Counted from the first letter of the stretch, positions 9,956 through 18,677 are shown. The stretch is 34,700 nucleotides of DNA from a virus (IMGVR_UViG_3300010042_000016:1-34700), one strand, 5' to 3'. Program-made: numbers and translations. The notes: generated by a model from the letters alone, not told the origin.

Positions 9956-10561
9956 CTAAGCCGCCTTTTTACCTAACATGCCGATGCCCGGAGCCCCGGC
10001 CTGAAGCAATCCGCCAACCAGCGAGCCACGGTCCTGAGCGTTTTGCAGGGCAAGGTTAGTCGCGCCATTAGCACGTTGAATGCTGGAATTAATCCCGGCA
10101 ACATCACTGCGCAATTGGCCGGTATCAAGCTGCTCCTGGTTGTAAAGCAAGCCGCCAGCGCTGTTGCGTGCCATCAGCCGAGCGCGATTTAAAATGTCTT
10201 TGGTAGCCAGTGAGGTTGATTCGGCTTTGCGACGTGTGTATTCATCAGAAATGTTGCCTTCGGAGGTGGCATTGATCTCACCCTCTTTGCCACCATTGGC
10301 AGCAGTCAAGGCATCAACTAGACTGCCTTCGCGTTCAGTGGCGGCTGTTTCATAGCGTTGGTCGCGTGCGGCAGGGTCAAACGTATCGGCAGCGAAGTTC
10401 TGGACTAAGGCTTCCTTTTGCTTGTTTTTACTTTCGGTTTCAAGCGCGGCATTCCGGATGATTTTTTTCTGATTGTCGGCGGCATCGTCGGCCGACTTCA
10501 TTTGCAAAGCAGTGCCACCCAAGGCCGCACCAATCACGGCAATTTCAACTCCTGTGCACAT
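9956..10561 (-). CDS. Putative ejection protein, T7 gp14-like (201 aa)
   Basis: MC start followed by a hydrophobic Gly/Ala segment (MCTGVEIAVIGAALGG), Gln/Ala-rich middle, Gly-rich hydrophobic end. Confidence 0.65.
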   Translation of the reverse strand: MCTGVEIAVIGAALGGTALQMKSADDAADNQKKIIRNAALETESKNKQKEALVQNFAADTFDPAARDQRYETAATEREGSLVDALTAANGGKEGEINATSEGNISDEYTRRKAESTSLATKDILNRARLMARNSAGGLLYNQEQLDTGQLRSDVAGINSSIQRANGATNLALQNAQDRGSLVGGLLQAGAPGIGMLGKKAA

Positions 10562-10569
10562 ACAGTCCC

Positions 10570-11397
10570 CTATGCATAATTATTTATATTGCCGTCGTAA
10601 TTGGTGTTCACGCCGGCAGTTTTCTTGGGCTGGGCAATAACTGCACCATTTTGTCCGGCTACATAAGCTGCTTGTTGCTGCTGATTCTTGAGAGCGTCGA
10701 AGAATCCAACCAGGCTCGTAGCATTAGCTTCGTCCTGCGCCCTGCGTGAGTTGTTGGCCATGCCTTCATAAGATTGCTGAAGCGCACTGCCCTGATCAAG
10801 TCCTGTGCGGATGCTGTCAATCAAGCTGACGCGGGTCTTATCGTCCGAACTGCGTGCATTGTTGGCAACGGATAGGCCGAGGTTGGAGGCTTTCAAAATA
10901 CCCTGCTGATTCGTGTCCAGAATTTCCCGGTTCACGTCGATATCACGACTGCCGCCAGTGAGCCCGGCGCGCGCCAGCATGAAGCCAAGGTCGCGCTCAG
11001 TCGTCTTGCGCTCTTTGTTCAGGTCCAGGAGTGCGGCATTGGTAGCGTCATTGCCTATCTTTCCGTAAAGCTGTTCGCGGCCTGCGGCAGTTTTTGTGAC
11101 GGCATCTTTTGCGGTTGTTACAGCAGCGTTATATCCAGCCTCATCAAGCTTTGAATTGACCGTGCCATCTTTGCCTGTGGATTTCGTCACGAATGATTCA
11201 CGGCTTACACCATCAGCGCCTGGCGTTGCAATCCCAAACAGGCGGTTTAGCGCTTGTACTGCTTTTGCAGTCCTGCTAGTTTCTGCTGCGGCTCGATCTG
11301 CTGCGCCACCGTCACCACTGCTGCCTTTGAATAGACGACGAGGGCGTTTGGTATCGCCAGTTGGGGGCGTGAAGTAGATTGGATCAAATTGATGCAT
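10570..11397 (-). CDS. Putative ejection protein, P22 gp7-like position (275 aa; start reassigned to ATG 11397)
   Basis: MHQFDPIYFTPPTGDTKRPRRLFKGSSGDGGAADRAAAE start; GGGGAG upstream; the longer start would overlap the HNH gene by over 120 nt. Confidence 0.6.
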   Translation of the reverse strand: MHQFDPIYFTPPTGDTKRPRRLFKGSSGDGGAADRAAAETSRTAKAVQALNRLFGIATPGADGVSRESFVTKSTGKDGTVNSKLDEAGYNAAVTTAKDAVTKTAAGREQLYGKIGNDATNAALLDLNKERKTTERDLGFMLARAGLTGGSRDIDVNREILDTNQQGILKASNLGLSVANNARSSDDKTRVSLIDSIRTGLDQGSALQQSYEGMANNSRRAQDEANATSLVGFFDALKNQQQQAAYVAGQNGAVIAQPKKTAGVNTNYDGNINNYA

Positions 11398-11878
11398 GGC
11401 AAAACTCCCCGTGGATGCGCTTGGCACACGCGGCATACGCCTTGACTGCATCATCGATATTTTCAAAATAGCCAAGATGGTGACGAACGCCATCGGCTTT
11501 ACAGCCAACACGCCACTTTTGATATCTTGCGTACCAGCTGACGCCTTTGTGACCTGATTTATTATTCGCCCGGATGCCAGTATTCATAACGTTCTGCGCG
11601 TTCGTCGCGGGCCGGAAATTAGTCCAACTGTTATTTGATTTATTTGTGTCTCGGTGATCTATCTGGAATTGTGGGAACTCGCCGTTTACATAAAGCCATG
11701 CCAGCCGGTGCGCCAAGTAGGCCTTACCAAAAATCCTGATGGAAATATAACCGTGAGAAGTTACGCTGCCAGCCAATTCACCTTTGCCAGCCCGAGAACT
11801 AAACCTTTCAACCCACGTAAATAATCCAGTGAGCGGGTCATATTCAAGTTTTGTTTTTAACTTTTCCTGGGTAAGCAT
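11384..11878 (-). CDS. HNH homing endonuclease with C-terminal AP2 DNA-binding domain (164 aa)
   Basis: YDPLTGLFTW, YLAHRLAWLYVNG, IDHRDTNKSNN (HNH_3 type), then SGHKGVSW...W...HLGYF..IDDA..AY (AP2). Confidence 0.92.
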   Translation of the reverse strand: MLTQEKLKTKLEYDPLTGLFTWVERFSSRAGKGELAGSVTSHGYISIRIFGKAYLAHRLAWLYVNGEFPQFQIDHRDTNKSNNSWTNFRPATNAQNVMNTGIRANNKSGHKGVSWYARYQKWRVGCKADGVRHHLGYFENIDDAVKAYAACAKRIHGEFCHASI

Positions 11879-11901
11879 AGAAGTCCTTAATTATTCCGTA
11901 C

Positions 11902-11933
11902 AAGATAGCAATACATTAAGGTTTCCATGCGTT
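11902..11933 (-). promoter_or_regulatory. Putative late promoter (copy 2) upstream of the HNH and ejection genes
   Basis: AACGCATGGAA (11933-11923), 15 nt, TATCTT (11907-11902) with an extended -10 TG. Confidence 0.7.
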
Positions 11934-12366
11934 AAACATCTTTCAGAAACCATTGCCCGACGCTTCGGTAACCTAAGGCTTCGTACAGTCGGACTACATT
12001 CAAATCACCGGTACCAATGCCAGGCCGTAACTGCGTAGCCCCCATGCCGATGCACCATTCTTCGAAGCGTTTAATCATGCGGACTGCCATCATTCCATTT
12101 CGGTGCTCAGGCTCCACGTATAAGGTCAAATCAATGCCAACCCTCTCAGTCGAATACCAAGGCGTATGAACGTCACCCATCATCACGCCAACCACCGCCC
12201 CATCCTTTTCCGCCACAACAAGAAAGCCACTTACCATCATCAATCTACATGTCGCTTCAACACGCTCAGGCGAATACTCAACATGCTTATAAGAGCTTGC
12301 AGCATTAAGCTTTCGCCCCATTTCAACCAGGCGAGGAATATCCGCTTCAATGGCTTGTCGTATCAT
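11932..12366 (-). CDS. GNAT family N-acetyltransferase (144 aa)
   Basis: IRQA...D start, LVVAEKDGAVVG, LYVEPEHRNG, RLYEALGY. The position between nozzle and ejection genes is typical of podoviruses. Confidence 0.9.
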   Translation of the reverse strand: MIRQAIEADIPRLVEMGRKLNAASSYKHVEYSPERVEATCRLMMVSGFLVVAEKDGAVVGVMMGDVHTPWYSTERVGIDLTLYVEPEHRNGMMAVRMIKRFEEWCIGMGATQLRPGIGTGDLNVVRLYEALGYRSVGQWFLKDV

Positions 12367-14129
12367 TGCGTGCCAAGCACTTCGTAATAAAACGTCAGTT
12401 GATGCAGTTCAAATTCTTGATCGTCGTAGTTGCTGAAGACCGGTGCAATGTTGGTAGTGAGCAATTCAACCGGATATAGATAACCTGGGCGCGTATCGCC
12501 TTCCACGGTAACGGGCGGGTTCGTGACCAAATCCGTATTGCGCGGGTCAAAGCGGTGCGATATCTGGCATTGGCCGGTGACCACGGCATCCATTGCAAGA
12601 ATCTGCTTGAGCAGGCCAGGCGCTTTAAAGTCCAGGTAGCTCATTTCGATATCAACGTGGTACAGCACGCCATCGTCTGTTTTGACGTTGCGGTCTACCT
12701 TGTAGACGTCATCCCCGGAGCGAATATAAAGCTCGGCATTAAGTTCATCCAGGTAATCCAGCGGGAAGGGATATTCGTACAGGCTCCAAGCCGATACGCC
12801 GGATGTGCGGCTGAAGGTGTAGACCATCGCTTTGTTGCCGGAGTACAGCCAGTACTGCCCGCCACCACGATAGAACTGCGCCTTGGCAGTGCTGATATCA
12901 ATGAAGTTATTGGCCAGCAGGTCGCGGTCAATCGGTGAGCCCACGTCGGCATCGATCAGATTGGTAGTTACATCCTGCCGGGTGATGGTGCGTACACCGG
13001 CAGGGCTCAGGAAGAATACGTCGCCACTCATGTTGGCATGCGAGTAAGGCAGCGTTGAGCCCACGTCCACCGGCTGCTCGAATAGATGCTTGGCTGGATC
13101 CACATCAACAAGCCATATCTGCGACGCATCCGAAAAGAAGACGACTAGCTTGCTAGTGTAATACCCCAAGGCAGTTGCGGCTGTAGCGCCCGATTGCTGA
13201 AGGCCTACAGGCAGGAATCCGGCATCATTGGGTGTCGTCCAGTCTCGAGGGAAGTTCGTGCGGCTGAAATTGACTACATCGCCATCCTTGCCAACAGCCC
13301 ACATCTTGCTCGCCAGCTTCAGCACTTGCTTGGTATGCGGGCAGTTCAAGTCTTCAATGGCGGTACCGTAGGCCGTGATCGCCACGCCACCAGAATTAAC
13401 GAGCGTACCGATCACTGTTGGATAAACCGGAGCGCCAGCGGCCGTTACGTTCGTATCGCGGCAGGTCCATACGACCGTTCCATCCGTGACGGTAATACCC
13501 GCTTCAGTCGGCCATACAGGTTCAGTCGCGGCAGTGGTGCCGGCAGTCGTGCATTCATAACGGTAATTGTTGCTGACGGTCGGCTTGACGAATGCACCAA
13601 CTGTTTTTACGGCAGCTGCAGTCCATGCAGTCGTTCCCACGGAAACATCGGTCACCTTGTAGCGAAAGCCATTCGGTGCGGCAGGCTGGAAGTATTTGCC
13701 AAGCTGGACAGAGGTGGAAAGCGGGAACGTCCCCGGCACATCAAGGTAATGGTGGCGAATCTCGCCGGACGTGTAGCCGACTGAGGCATACAGGAATCCA
13801 TTGAACACATCCCCGTAATAGACTTCTGTGAGCAATAACGCAGGAGTGGTCGGGCTTTTGACATTGCGCGCCGCGAACAAAGGATTGGCATGAACAATCG
13901 GAGTATTGCCGCCATAGAAAGTATTCAGTTTGCCAAGGCCTGCGAATAGCCCGGTAGTGCCAGCCTCAAGCGTTGCGACCTTCGTAGTGCCTGGGCGCTT
14001 GCGGAGTGTACGGCCTTCGGTGACCTGGGCATTGCGCAGTACGCGCATGCGGTTGGCATCGGATGTGGATGGGCCTTTGCGCAGGTCCAGCCCGAAATCG
14101 AACCGCTCAAAGACGATGTTTCTAGGCAT
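12363..14129 (-). CDS. Tail nozzle / tail tubular protein B-like (P22 gp10/T7 gp12 position; 588 aa)
   Basis: FDFGLD...NA....G.LRKRPGT N-terminus, beta-propeller-like repeats, SAWS motif; follows the adaptor gene. Confidence 0.75.
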   Translation of the reverse strand: MPRNIVFERFDFGLDLRKGPSTSDANRMRVLRNAQVTEGRTLRKRPGTTKVATLEAGTTGLFAGLGKLNTFYGGNTPIVHANPLFAARNVKSPTTPALLLTEVYYGDVFNGFLYASVGYTSGEIRHHYLDVPGTFPLSTSVQLGKYFQPAAPNGFRYKVTDVSVGTTAWTAAAVKTVGAFVKPTVSNNYRYECTTAGTTAATEPVWPTEAGITVTDGTVVWTCRDTNVTAAGAPVYPTVIGTLVNSGGVAITAYGTAIEDLNCPHTKQVLKLASKMWAVGKDGDVVNFSRTNFPRDWTTPNDAGFLPVGLQQSGATAATALGYYTSKLVVFFSDASQIWLVDVDPAKHLFEQPVDVGSTLPYSHANMSGDVFFLSPAGVRTITRQDVTTNLIDADVGSPIDRDLLANNFIDISTAKAQFYRGGGQYWLYSGNKAMVYTFSRTSGVSAWSLYEYPFPLDYLDELNAELYIRSGDDVYKVDRNVKTDDGVLYHVDIEMSYLDFKAPGLLKQILAMDAVVTGQCQISHRFDPRNTDLVTNPPVTVEGDTRPGYLYPVELLTTNIAPVFSNYDDQEFELHQLTFYYEVLGTQ

Positions 14130-14131
14130 CG

Positions 14132-14797
14132 TTAAACGTCCTGGTCGCTGGTTACATAGCGGTAAGGATCAGGCGGGCATTTATCCCGCTTATCCCATAC
14201 CTGTTTACCGCGATTCTTGGCTTTCAGGCGCAATAGCAATGCGTCAAGCTGTGTAGAGTATGTCGCCGCGTCGTCCTGCTTGTAATGCTGCTTGGCAGTG
14301 GAAAGCGCGAACAGGAAGATTATTTCGTCATTGATGCTAACCCGGTCACTGTCCACCACCAAAGGCTTCAGGACTTTCGTGTATTCAAGACGGATGGTGT
14401 ATTGGTTGCTGATCGGTATCGGCCATAGCTCGTACTGATCGCGGCGCTCGTAGCGCTCAGGCACGCCAGTTGACGGCAGACTGCGGTGCTCAAGGTTGAT
14501 GCCCTCTTTCAAGGGACGGAACCGGCCACCCCAATTGATGGCGATGAGCTTGATTTCTTCCAGGTTGCAATCTTCTGGATAGTCGTAATATTGCTGGTCG
14601 GCACCGGTGAGGCGTTCACTTACCCCATCCAGCACGCGCCATTCGAATTGCTCATATAACTGTTTCTGCGCAGACCGAATCATTGAATCGATCAACGCGG
14701 AATTTACTACGCCCGCCTGGCCTGCTGAGCCGAAGCCACAACGGCTCTGAATATCAGAGCGAATATCGCCAAGCGTGCGGAGTAAAGGAAGTGCCAT
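14132..14797 (-). CDS. Head-tail adaptor / tail tubular protein A-like (221 aa)
   Basis: TLGDIRSDIQSRCG, YYDYPEDC, G.PERY...ELWPIP motifs; size and position. Confidence 0.75.
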   Translation of the reverse strand: MALPLLRTLGDIRSDIQSRCGFGSAGQAGVVNSALIDSMIRSAQKQLYEQFEWRVLDGVSERLTGADQQYYDYPEDCNLEEIKLIAINWGGRFRPLKEGINLEHRSLPSTGVPERYERRDQYELWPIPISNQYTIRLEYTKVLKPLVVDSDRVSINDEIIFLFALSTAKQHYKQDDAATYSTQLDALLLRLKAKNRGKQVWDKRDKCPPDPYRYVTSDQDV

Positions 14798-15318
14798 TAC
14801 TTGGCAGCTTCAGCCGGTGTAGCGGACTTCAACGACTTATTGAAGGCAATTTCCTTGGCCAGCGCGATTTCTTTCTTCAGCTTATCCACGCCCCAATTCT
14901 TGGTGGCATGCACGCCTAGGTCTTTAGCCTCAGCGATCAACTGTTCTTTCTCAAGATCGGCCTCAGTCTTTTCGGGCTCCTGTGCGGCGGCTTTCTTGGG
15001 CCTTTCATCATCCTCATCGTCAGCATCGAATGAATCTTCGAACTGCTTATAGGACGGCCAAACCGTTTGCACCATGCCAATGCCATTGCGGTCACCCTTG
15101 TAGATTTGCTCAAGGCGTGAATATTCTTCTTCGGTATCGAAGGTGGCGGTCGTGACGCCTTCTGGCAGCTGGATATGGCTACCGTCTAAAATCTTGTCTT
15201 CACCATGCACGGCACGAAGTACATCCACTTCATGGGGCAGCACGCAGAGCGGTGTTTGCTGCGCAATGCTGCGGGCAAGAAGCACCATTACATAGGGTAG
15301 AGTTACTTTGATGGACAT
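14797..15318 (-). CDS. Hypothetical virion-module protein with C-terminal helix-extension-helix-like motif (173 aa)
   Basis: AGGAG RBS; LIAEAKDLGVHATKNWGVDKLKKEI motif; lies between capsid and adaptor. Confidence 0.6.
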   Translation of the reverse strand: MSIKVTLPYVMVLLARSIAQQTPLCVLPHEVDVLRAVHGEDKILDGSHIQLPEGVTTATFDTEEEYSRLEQIYKGDRNGIGMVQTVWPSYKQFEDSFDADDEDDERPKKAAAQEPEKTEADLEKEQLIAEAKDLGVHATKNWGVDKLKKEIALAKEIAFNKSLKSATPAEAAK

Positions 15319-15350
15319 TTGAAATCTCCTGGTTGTACTGCTGTGAAACT

Positions 15351-15387
15351 AAAAAAATGGTGAAGGACCGCGAAGCCCTTCACCGTT
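15351..15387 (-). terminator. Intrinsic terminator after the major capsid gene
   Basis: Minus strand AACGGTGAAGGGC-TTCG-CGGTCCTTCACCATT followed by a T run. Confidence 0.8.
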
Positions 15388-15401
15388 CGTTACATCACCC
15401 G

Positions 15402-16460
15402 TTACGCAATCGACAGCACAGCATGCGTATTACGGCGTCCCATGCCCATAGCGAACTTGGCAGTGATGGCGTAATGGAATGTGTACTGATCGATTGGACG
15501 ACCTGGGAAACGCAGCTTCAGCCAATCATCCTTAGCGCGGCGCAGCTCAAGCTGGTTCTTGCCGAGGTTCAGCATGTAGCAACGCTTTGTCCAAGGGATG
15601 GTCGGTGCACCGAAACCGAAGTTGGTATCGAAGTCAGGAACGTACTTGATCTCGATGCCATCGAACTTCAGTGCCTTGGTGGCCATATCGATATCAAGCG
15701 TTGAACCGCCTGAGTATGTGATTTGGGTCACGTTGGCTGCAATCACCGCATTGCGCAAAGCGTCATAGAAAGCGGCGCCTGCAAAGATGTGAGTGAAACG
15801 GCCTTTACGGCGTTGGATATCACGCTTACTTTGCTCAAGGGCATCCAGCAGGATTGCCAGAGTGGTACCCAAGCCAGTACGCGCAATGTTTCTCCACCAG
15901 GCATTCGGTGTGGTAGATGGGTCAATCGAACCGATAACGCCAGCAGTTGGTGTAGTCGATACCAAAGCATCGATACCAGGGCGGGCATCAGCGAACTGCG
16001 AGCCATCCAGCCACAGTGCAGCGTGGATGAAGTCCTTAGCGCCTTCTTCCAGTGCCATCATGTTTGACTTCAACATGCTTGTCAGCTGAACGACTTCGCC
16101 CTTGGTGGCAGTGGATTTGCCGATATCATCATTTACCTGGATGCCGTTGCGGAACAATTCATCTTCGTTCAGCACCAGGCCATCGTGGTAGTTGGTGTGG
16201 TCATACTTGGCAATCGCATTCGGGTCGCGGCTGTTGTAGTTCACTTTGCCGTTACCAGAGTAATACTGGCCATTCGAATCGTTGGACTTGTAGACGTTGT
16301 ATGTGAAGCCATCCAGGCCACCGATCAGGTCTACCGCTTTAGGCAGCAGAATTTCCAGCAGTGGACGCTCTACATTGATTTGGTCGATAGGGTCGTTACG
16401 GCCCCAATTGGTGATGGTCGTGCGACCGATTTTTGCAATTTCGCCGGCATTTAAAGGCAT
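15402..16460 (-). CDS. Major capsid protein (352 aa; start reassigned to ATG 16460)
   Basis: GGAGAG RBS before MPLNAGEIAK; size; position after the scaffold and before a terminator; DALVSTTP..G.IG.ID....WWRN and FDGIEIKYVP motifs typical of podovirus capsids. Confidence 0.85.
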   Translation of the reverse strand: MPLNAGEIAKIGRTTITNWGRNDPIDQINVERPLLEILLPKAVDLIGGLDGFTYNVYKSNDSNGQYYSGNGKVNYNSRDPNAIAKYDHTNYHDGLVLNEDELFRNGIQVNDDIGKSTATKGEVVQLTSMLKSNMMALEEGAKDFIHAALWLDGSQFADARPGIDALVSTTPTAGVIGSIDPSTTPNAWWRNIARTGLGTTLAILLDALEQSKRDIQRRKGRFTHIFAGAAFYDALRNAVIAANVTQITYSGGSTLDIDMATKALKFDGIEIKYVPDFDTNFGFGAPTIPWTKRCYMLNLGKNQLELRRAKDDWLKLRFPGRPIDQYTFHYAITAKFAMGMGRRNTHAVLSIA

Positions 16461-16571
16461 GATAACTCTCCAAAAAGTTGTATAAAGTTTCTTAAACAAA
16501 CGGTTGGGTGAGTTCCATTACAACCCTTGCAGCTGGCGACTTCTGCGGTTCAGCCGGGCACTACAAAATTC

Positions 16572-17702
16572 TTATTCCAGGTCAAAGCCCATTTCGGCAA
16601 GTACTGCCTCCTCAACAGAGGTGGGCGCTGTCTTGCTGGTCATGCGGGCATTGCCGCGCAGTGGGTCGGTTGTTTGTTTCGCTGCGCCTTGCACAAGCAG
16701 TTTCTTGATCTGCTTGTAATCGCGTTCAATGATTGATGCCCATTGAGCAGGCGGGAAATTCTTGGCAATGGTGGCCATTTCAGGCAATAGCTCGTCCATG
16801 ACGGCTTCATAGTCAGGGTCGGTCTTCTTCCAGTTCGCTTGCATGGTGGCAATATTGGTGAATGCTTCTTCGCGCACCGCTTCGATCTGCTCGTTGGATT
16901 GTTGCGATTGCTGGCGTTGCTGAACCTCACGATTAGCGCGCTCAGTGATCTTTCTGCCCTTAACTATTTCAAGCGCATCATCTTCCGACAGGTCCAGGCT
17001 TTCAACCTTTGCTTTTAGCTCAGGGTATTCATCAAGCGCACTGCCTGAAATTGCCACCTTCTTGCCATGCAGAGCTTCGAACTGCTGAACCTGTTGCTCA
17101 ATGATGGCGCGGAATTTATCAACGTCGCCGGTGGCCAGCGTGTGACGGAATGCAGAGAATTCAACCAGGTCGCTTGCGGCGTTGGCATCGGTAAAGCCTA
17201 ACTGGCGGAGGCCTTCAATGGATTCTTCGTACCGCACCAGGTCGCTTGTGAGCTTCTCTACCTTGGCAACTTCGGCTTTATAGCCTTCGGTTACCTTCGT
17301 AAACCGTGCGTTCGTGTCCTTGTTCTTACTGTCAAGCGGCTTGAGGTCGTCCTCAGTGATGCCTTTCTTGGCTTCTTCGGCAGCGGTTGCATCTGCCGCG
17401 TCTTTCTTAATTTGGTCTTCAGCGCTGAGCGGCTCAGGCTTCGCTTCAGTTTCTTTATCCTTCGCTGTATCAGCATCCGCATCATCAACCACTTCAGCAA
17501 CGGTTTCGGAGACTTTTGCATTGGGGTCGTCCTTATCAAAGCCGAATTCAGCGGCAACAAGGTCTTCAGTGGAAAGCTCGGGCTCTTTTCCATCGTTGGG
17601 CTCGCCATCGGTGATGGTGGCACCAGATAGCACGCCGGACTGATCAGGATCGACTGCACAGAGGATTAAAAACGAGAGGATGAAGCGATAAAGCTTTGTC
17701 AT
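16572..17702 (-). CDS. Capsid scaffolding protein (376 aa; start ATG 17702)
   Basis: Acidic low-complexity N-terminal half and coiled coil, directly upstream of the capsid gene. AAGGTG RBS; the start lies downstream of the predicted promoter. Confidence 0.7.
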   Translation of the reverse strand: MTKLYRFILSFLILCAVDPDQSGVLSGATITDGEPNDGKEPELSTEDLVAAEFGFDKDDPNAKVSETVAEVVDDADADTAKDKETEAKPEPLSAEDQIKKDAADATAAEEAKKGITEDDLKPLDSKNKDTNARFTKVTEGYKAEVAKVEKLTSDLVRYEESIEGLRQLGFTDANAASDLVEFSAFRHTLATGDVDKFRAIIEQQVQQFEALHGKKVAISGSALDEYPELKAKVESLDLSEDDALEIVKGRKITERANREVQQRQQSQQSNEQIEAVREEAFTNIATMQANWKKTDPDYEAVMDELLPEMATIAKNFPPAQWASIIERDYKQIKKLLVQGAAKQTTDPLRGNARMTSKTAPTSVEEAVLAEMGFDLE

Positions 17703-17733
17703 TTGGTCGGCACCTTTATATACACGTGCCGCC

Positions 17734-17765
17734 AATATAAGCTATGGACTATTTTTCCATGTGTT
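17734..17765 (-). promoter_or_regulatory. Putative late promoter (copy 3) for scaffold/capsid
   Basis: AACACATGGAA (17765-17755), 15 nt, TATATT (17739-17734). An extra AACGCATA half-site lies at 17776-17769. Confidence 0.7.
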
Positions 17766-17786
17766 CACTATGCGTTACCTTTAGGC

Positions 17787-17812
17787 AATAAAAAACCCGC
17801 CTAAGCGGGTTT
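17787..17812 (-). terminator. Intrinsic terminator after the PEP-CTERM gene
   Basis: AAACCCGC-TTAG-GCGGGTTT followed by TTTATT on the minus strand. Confidence 0.85.
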
Positions 17813-17822
17813 AGAGAATATA

Positions 17823-18464
17823 TTACTTGATGTTTCGACTACGCCTTACAAAGGCTAATATACCCATTCCAAGAAACATTAGGGCATAGGTATCAGGTTC
17901 AGGCACTGGCGATCCAATTGGCGTGACGTTTGCAAGATAAACAAAGTCTAAAGTTCGTTTGTGAATGCCAGGGTACTCCTCATTAGTTTGAGCCATGAAT
18001 GAGCTATTAGTATCTCCTTGACCAACTTCTCTCCAACTTCTGACTTGTAAATATAGTTCTACCCAATTCCCGGTTTCCCGGTATGGGGATGTAGTTAAAT
18101 AAACGATATAGCGATGATTTGCTGGGAGCGTAACAGACTCCATATCGAAATAAACTGGCACGAAGTCTAAAGGGTTCTTTGCGACATTCTGTGAAGTTTC
18201 AAAGATTAGCGGATTATCTAGGGTATTTATGCCCGTATATTTATACACTGAAGCATGGAAAGTCAAATCATTGTAGGCATTAGCAAAGATTTGAAATGAA
18301 TCGAAAGTGACATCCCTATTGCCAACTGTGAATACCTGTCCAGCGCCTTCATTTTGGCCAAAATAATCAGTACCATTCCAAGGCCCAGCCGTAATCACAT
18401 CTGCTAGCGCATTGGTAAGGAATAAAGAAAAAATTGATGCGACTAATACTTTTGGAAAATTCAT
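17823..18464 (-). CDS. PEP-CTERM sorting domain surface protein (213 aa), moron-like
   Basis: Signal peptide MNFPKVLVASIFSLFLTNALA|D. C-terminal PVPEPDTYALMFLGMGILAFVRRSRNIK (VPEP, TM helix, basic tail). AT-rich, with its own upstream spacer and terminator. Confidence 0.92.
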   Translation of the reverse strand: MNFPKVLVASIFSLFLTNALADVITAGPWNGTDYFGQNEGAGQVFTVGNRDVTFDSFQIFANAYNDLTFHASVYKYTGINTLDNPLIFETSQNVAKNPLDFVPVYFDMESVTLPANHRYIVYLTTSPYRETGNWVELYLQVRSWREVGQGDTNSSFMAQTNEEYPGIHKRTLDFVYLANVTPIGSPVPEPDTYALMFLGMGILAFVRRSRNIK

Positions 18465-18677
18465 CTACCACCCTTTCAATAATATTAAAAAATTCATATG
18501 GCCATCAATAATATATGATGGTGGTTAATTTTTTAAAAATATAGAAGGGAAAGAAATTGAAGGAATCAACTTGGTTTCAATGTCTCTGTATAAAATTGCG
18601 CCATTTATTTCTTACTGAAAGCGAACTTAAAGGTCGCCAAGAAACATATGATGAATGGCTAGATCGTCAGTGGTAAC

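Noticed and set aside
11398-11511. Longer N-terminal extensions given in the ORF track (also capsid 16499, scaffold 17735, terS 24903, cro 31242, cI 31176, 26357, 31896)
   Set aside because: They overlap neighbouring genes or promoters; downstream starts have better RBS, coupling or family-typical N-termini.
13194-13784. 196-aa plus-strand ORF
   Set aside because: Antisense to the nozzle gene; Arg-rich shadow translation.
18585-18645. Possible sigma-54 promoter or PrsR box for the PEP-CTERM gene (TGGCGC on the minus strand)
   Set aside because: No GC at the -12 position (GG-N10-GC fails) and no clean TGT-N11-ACA.
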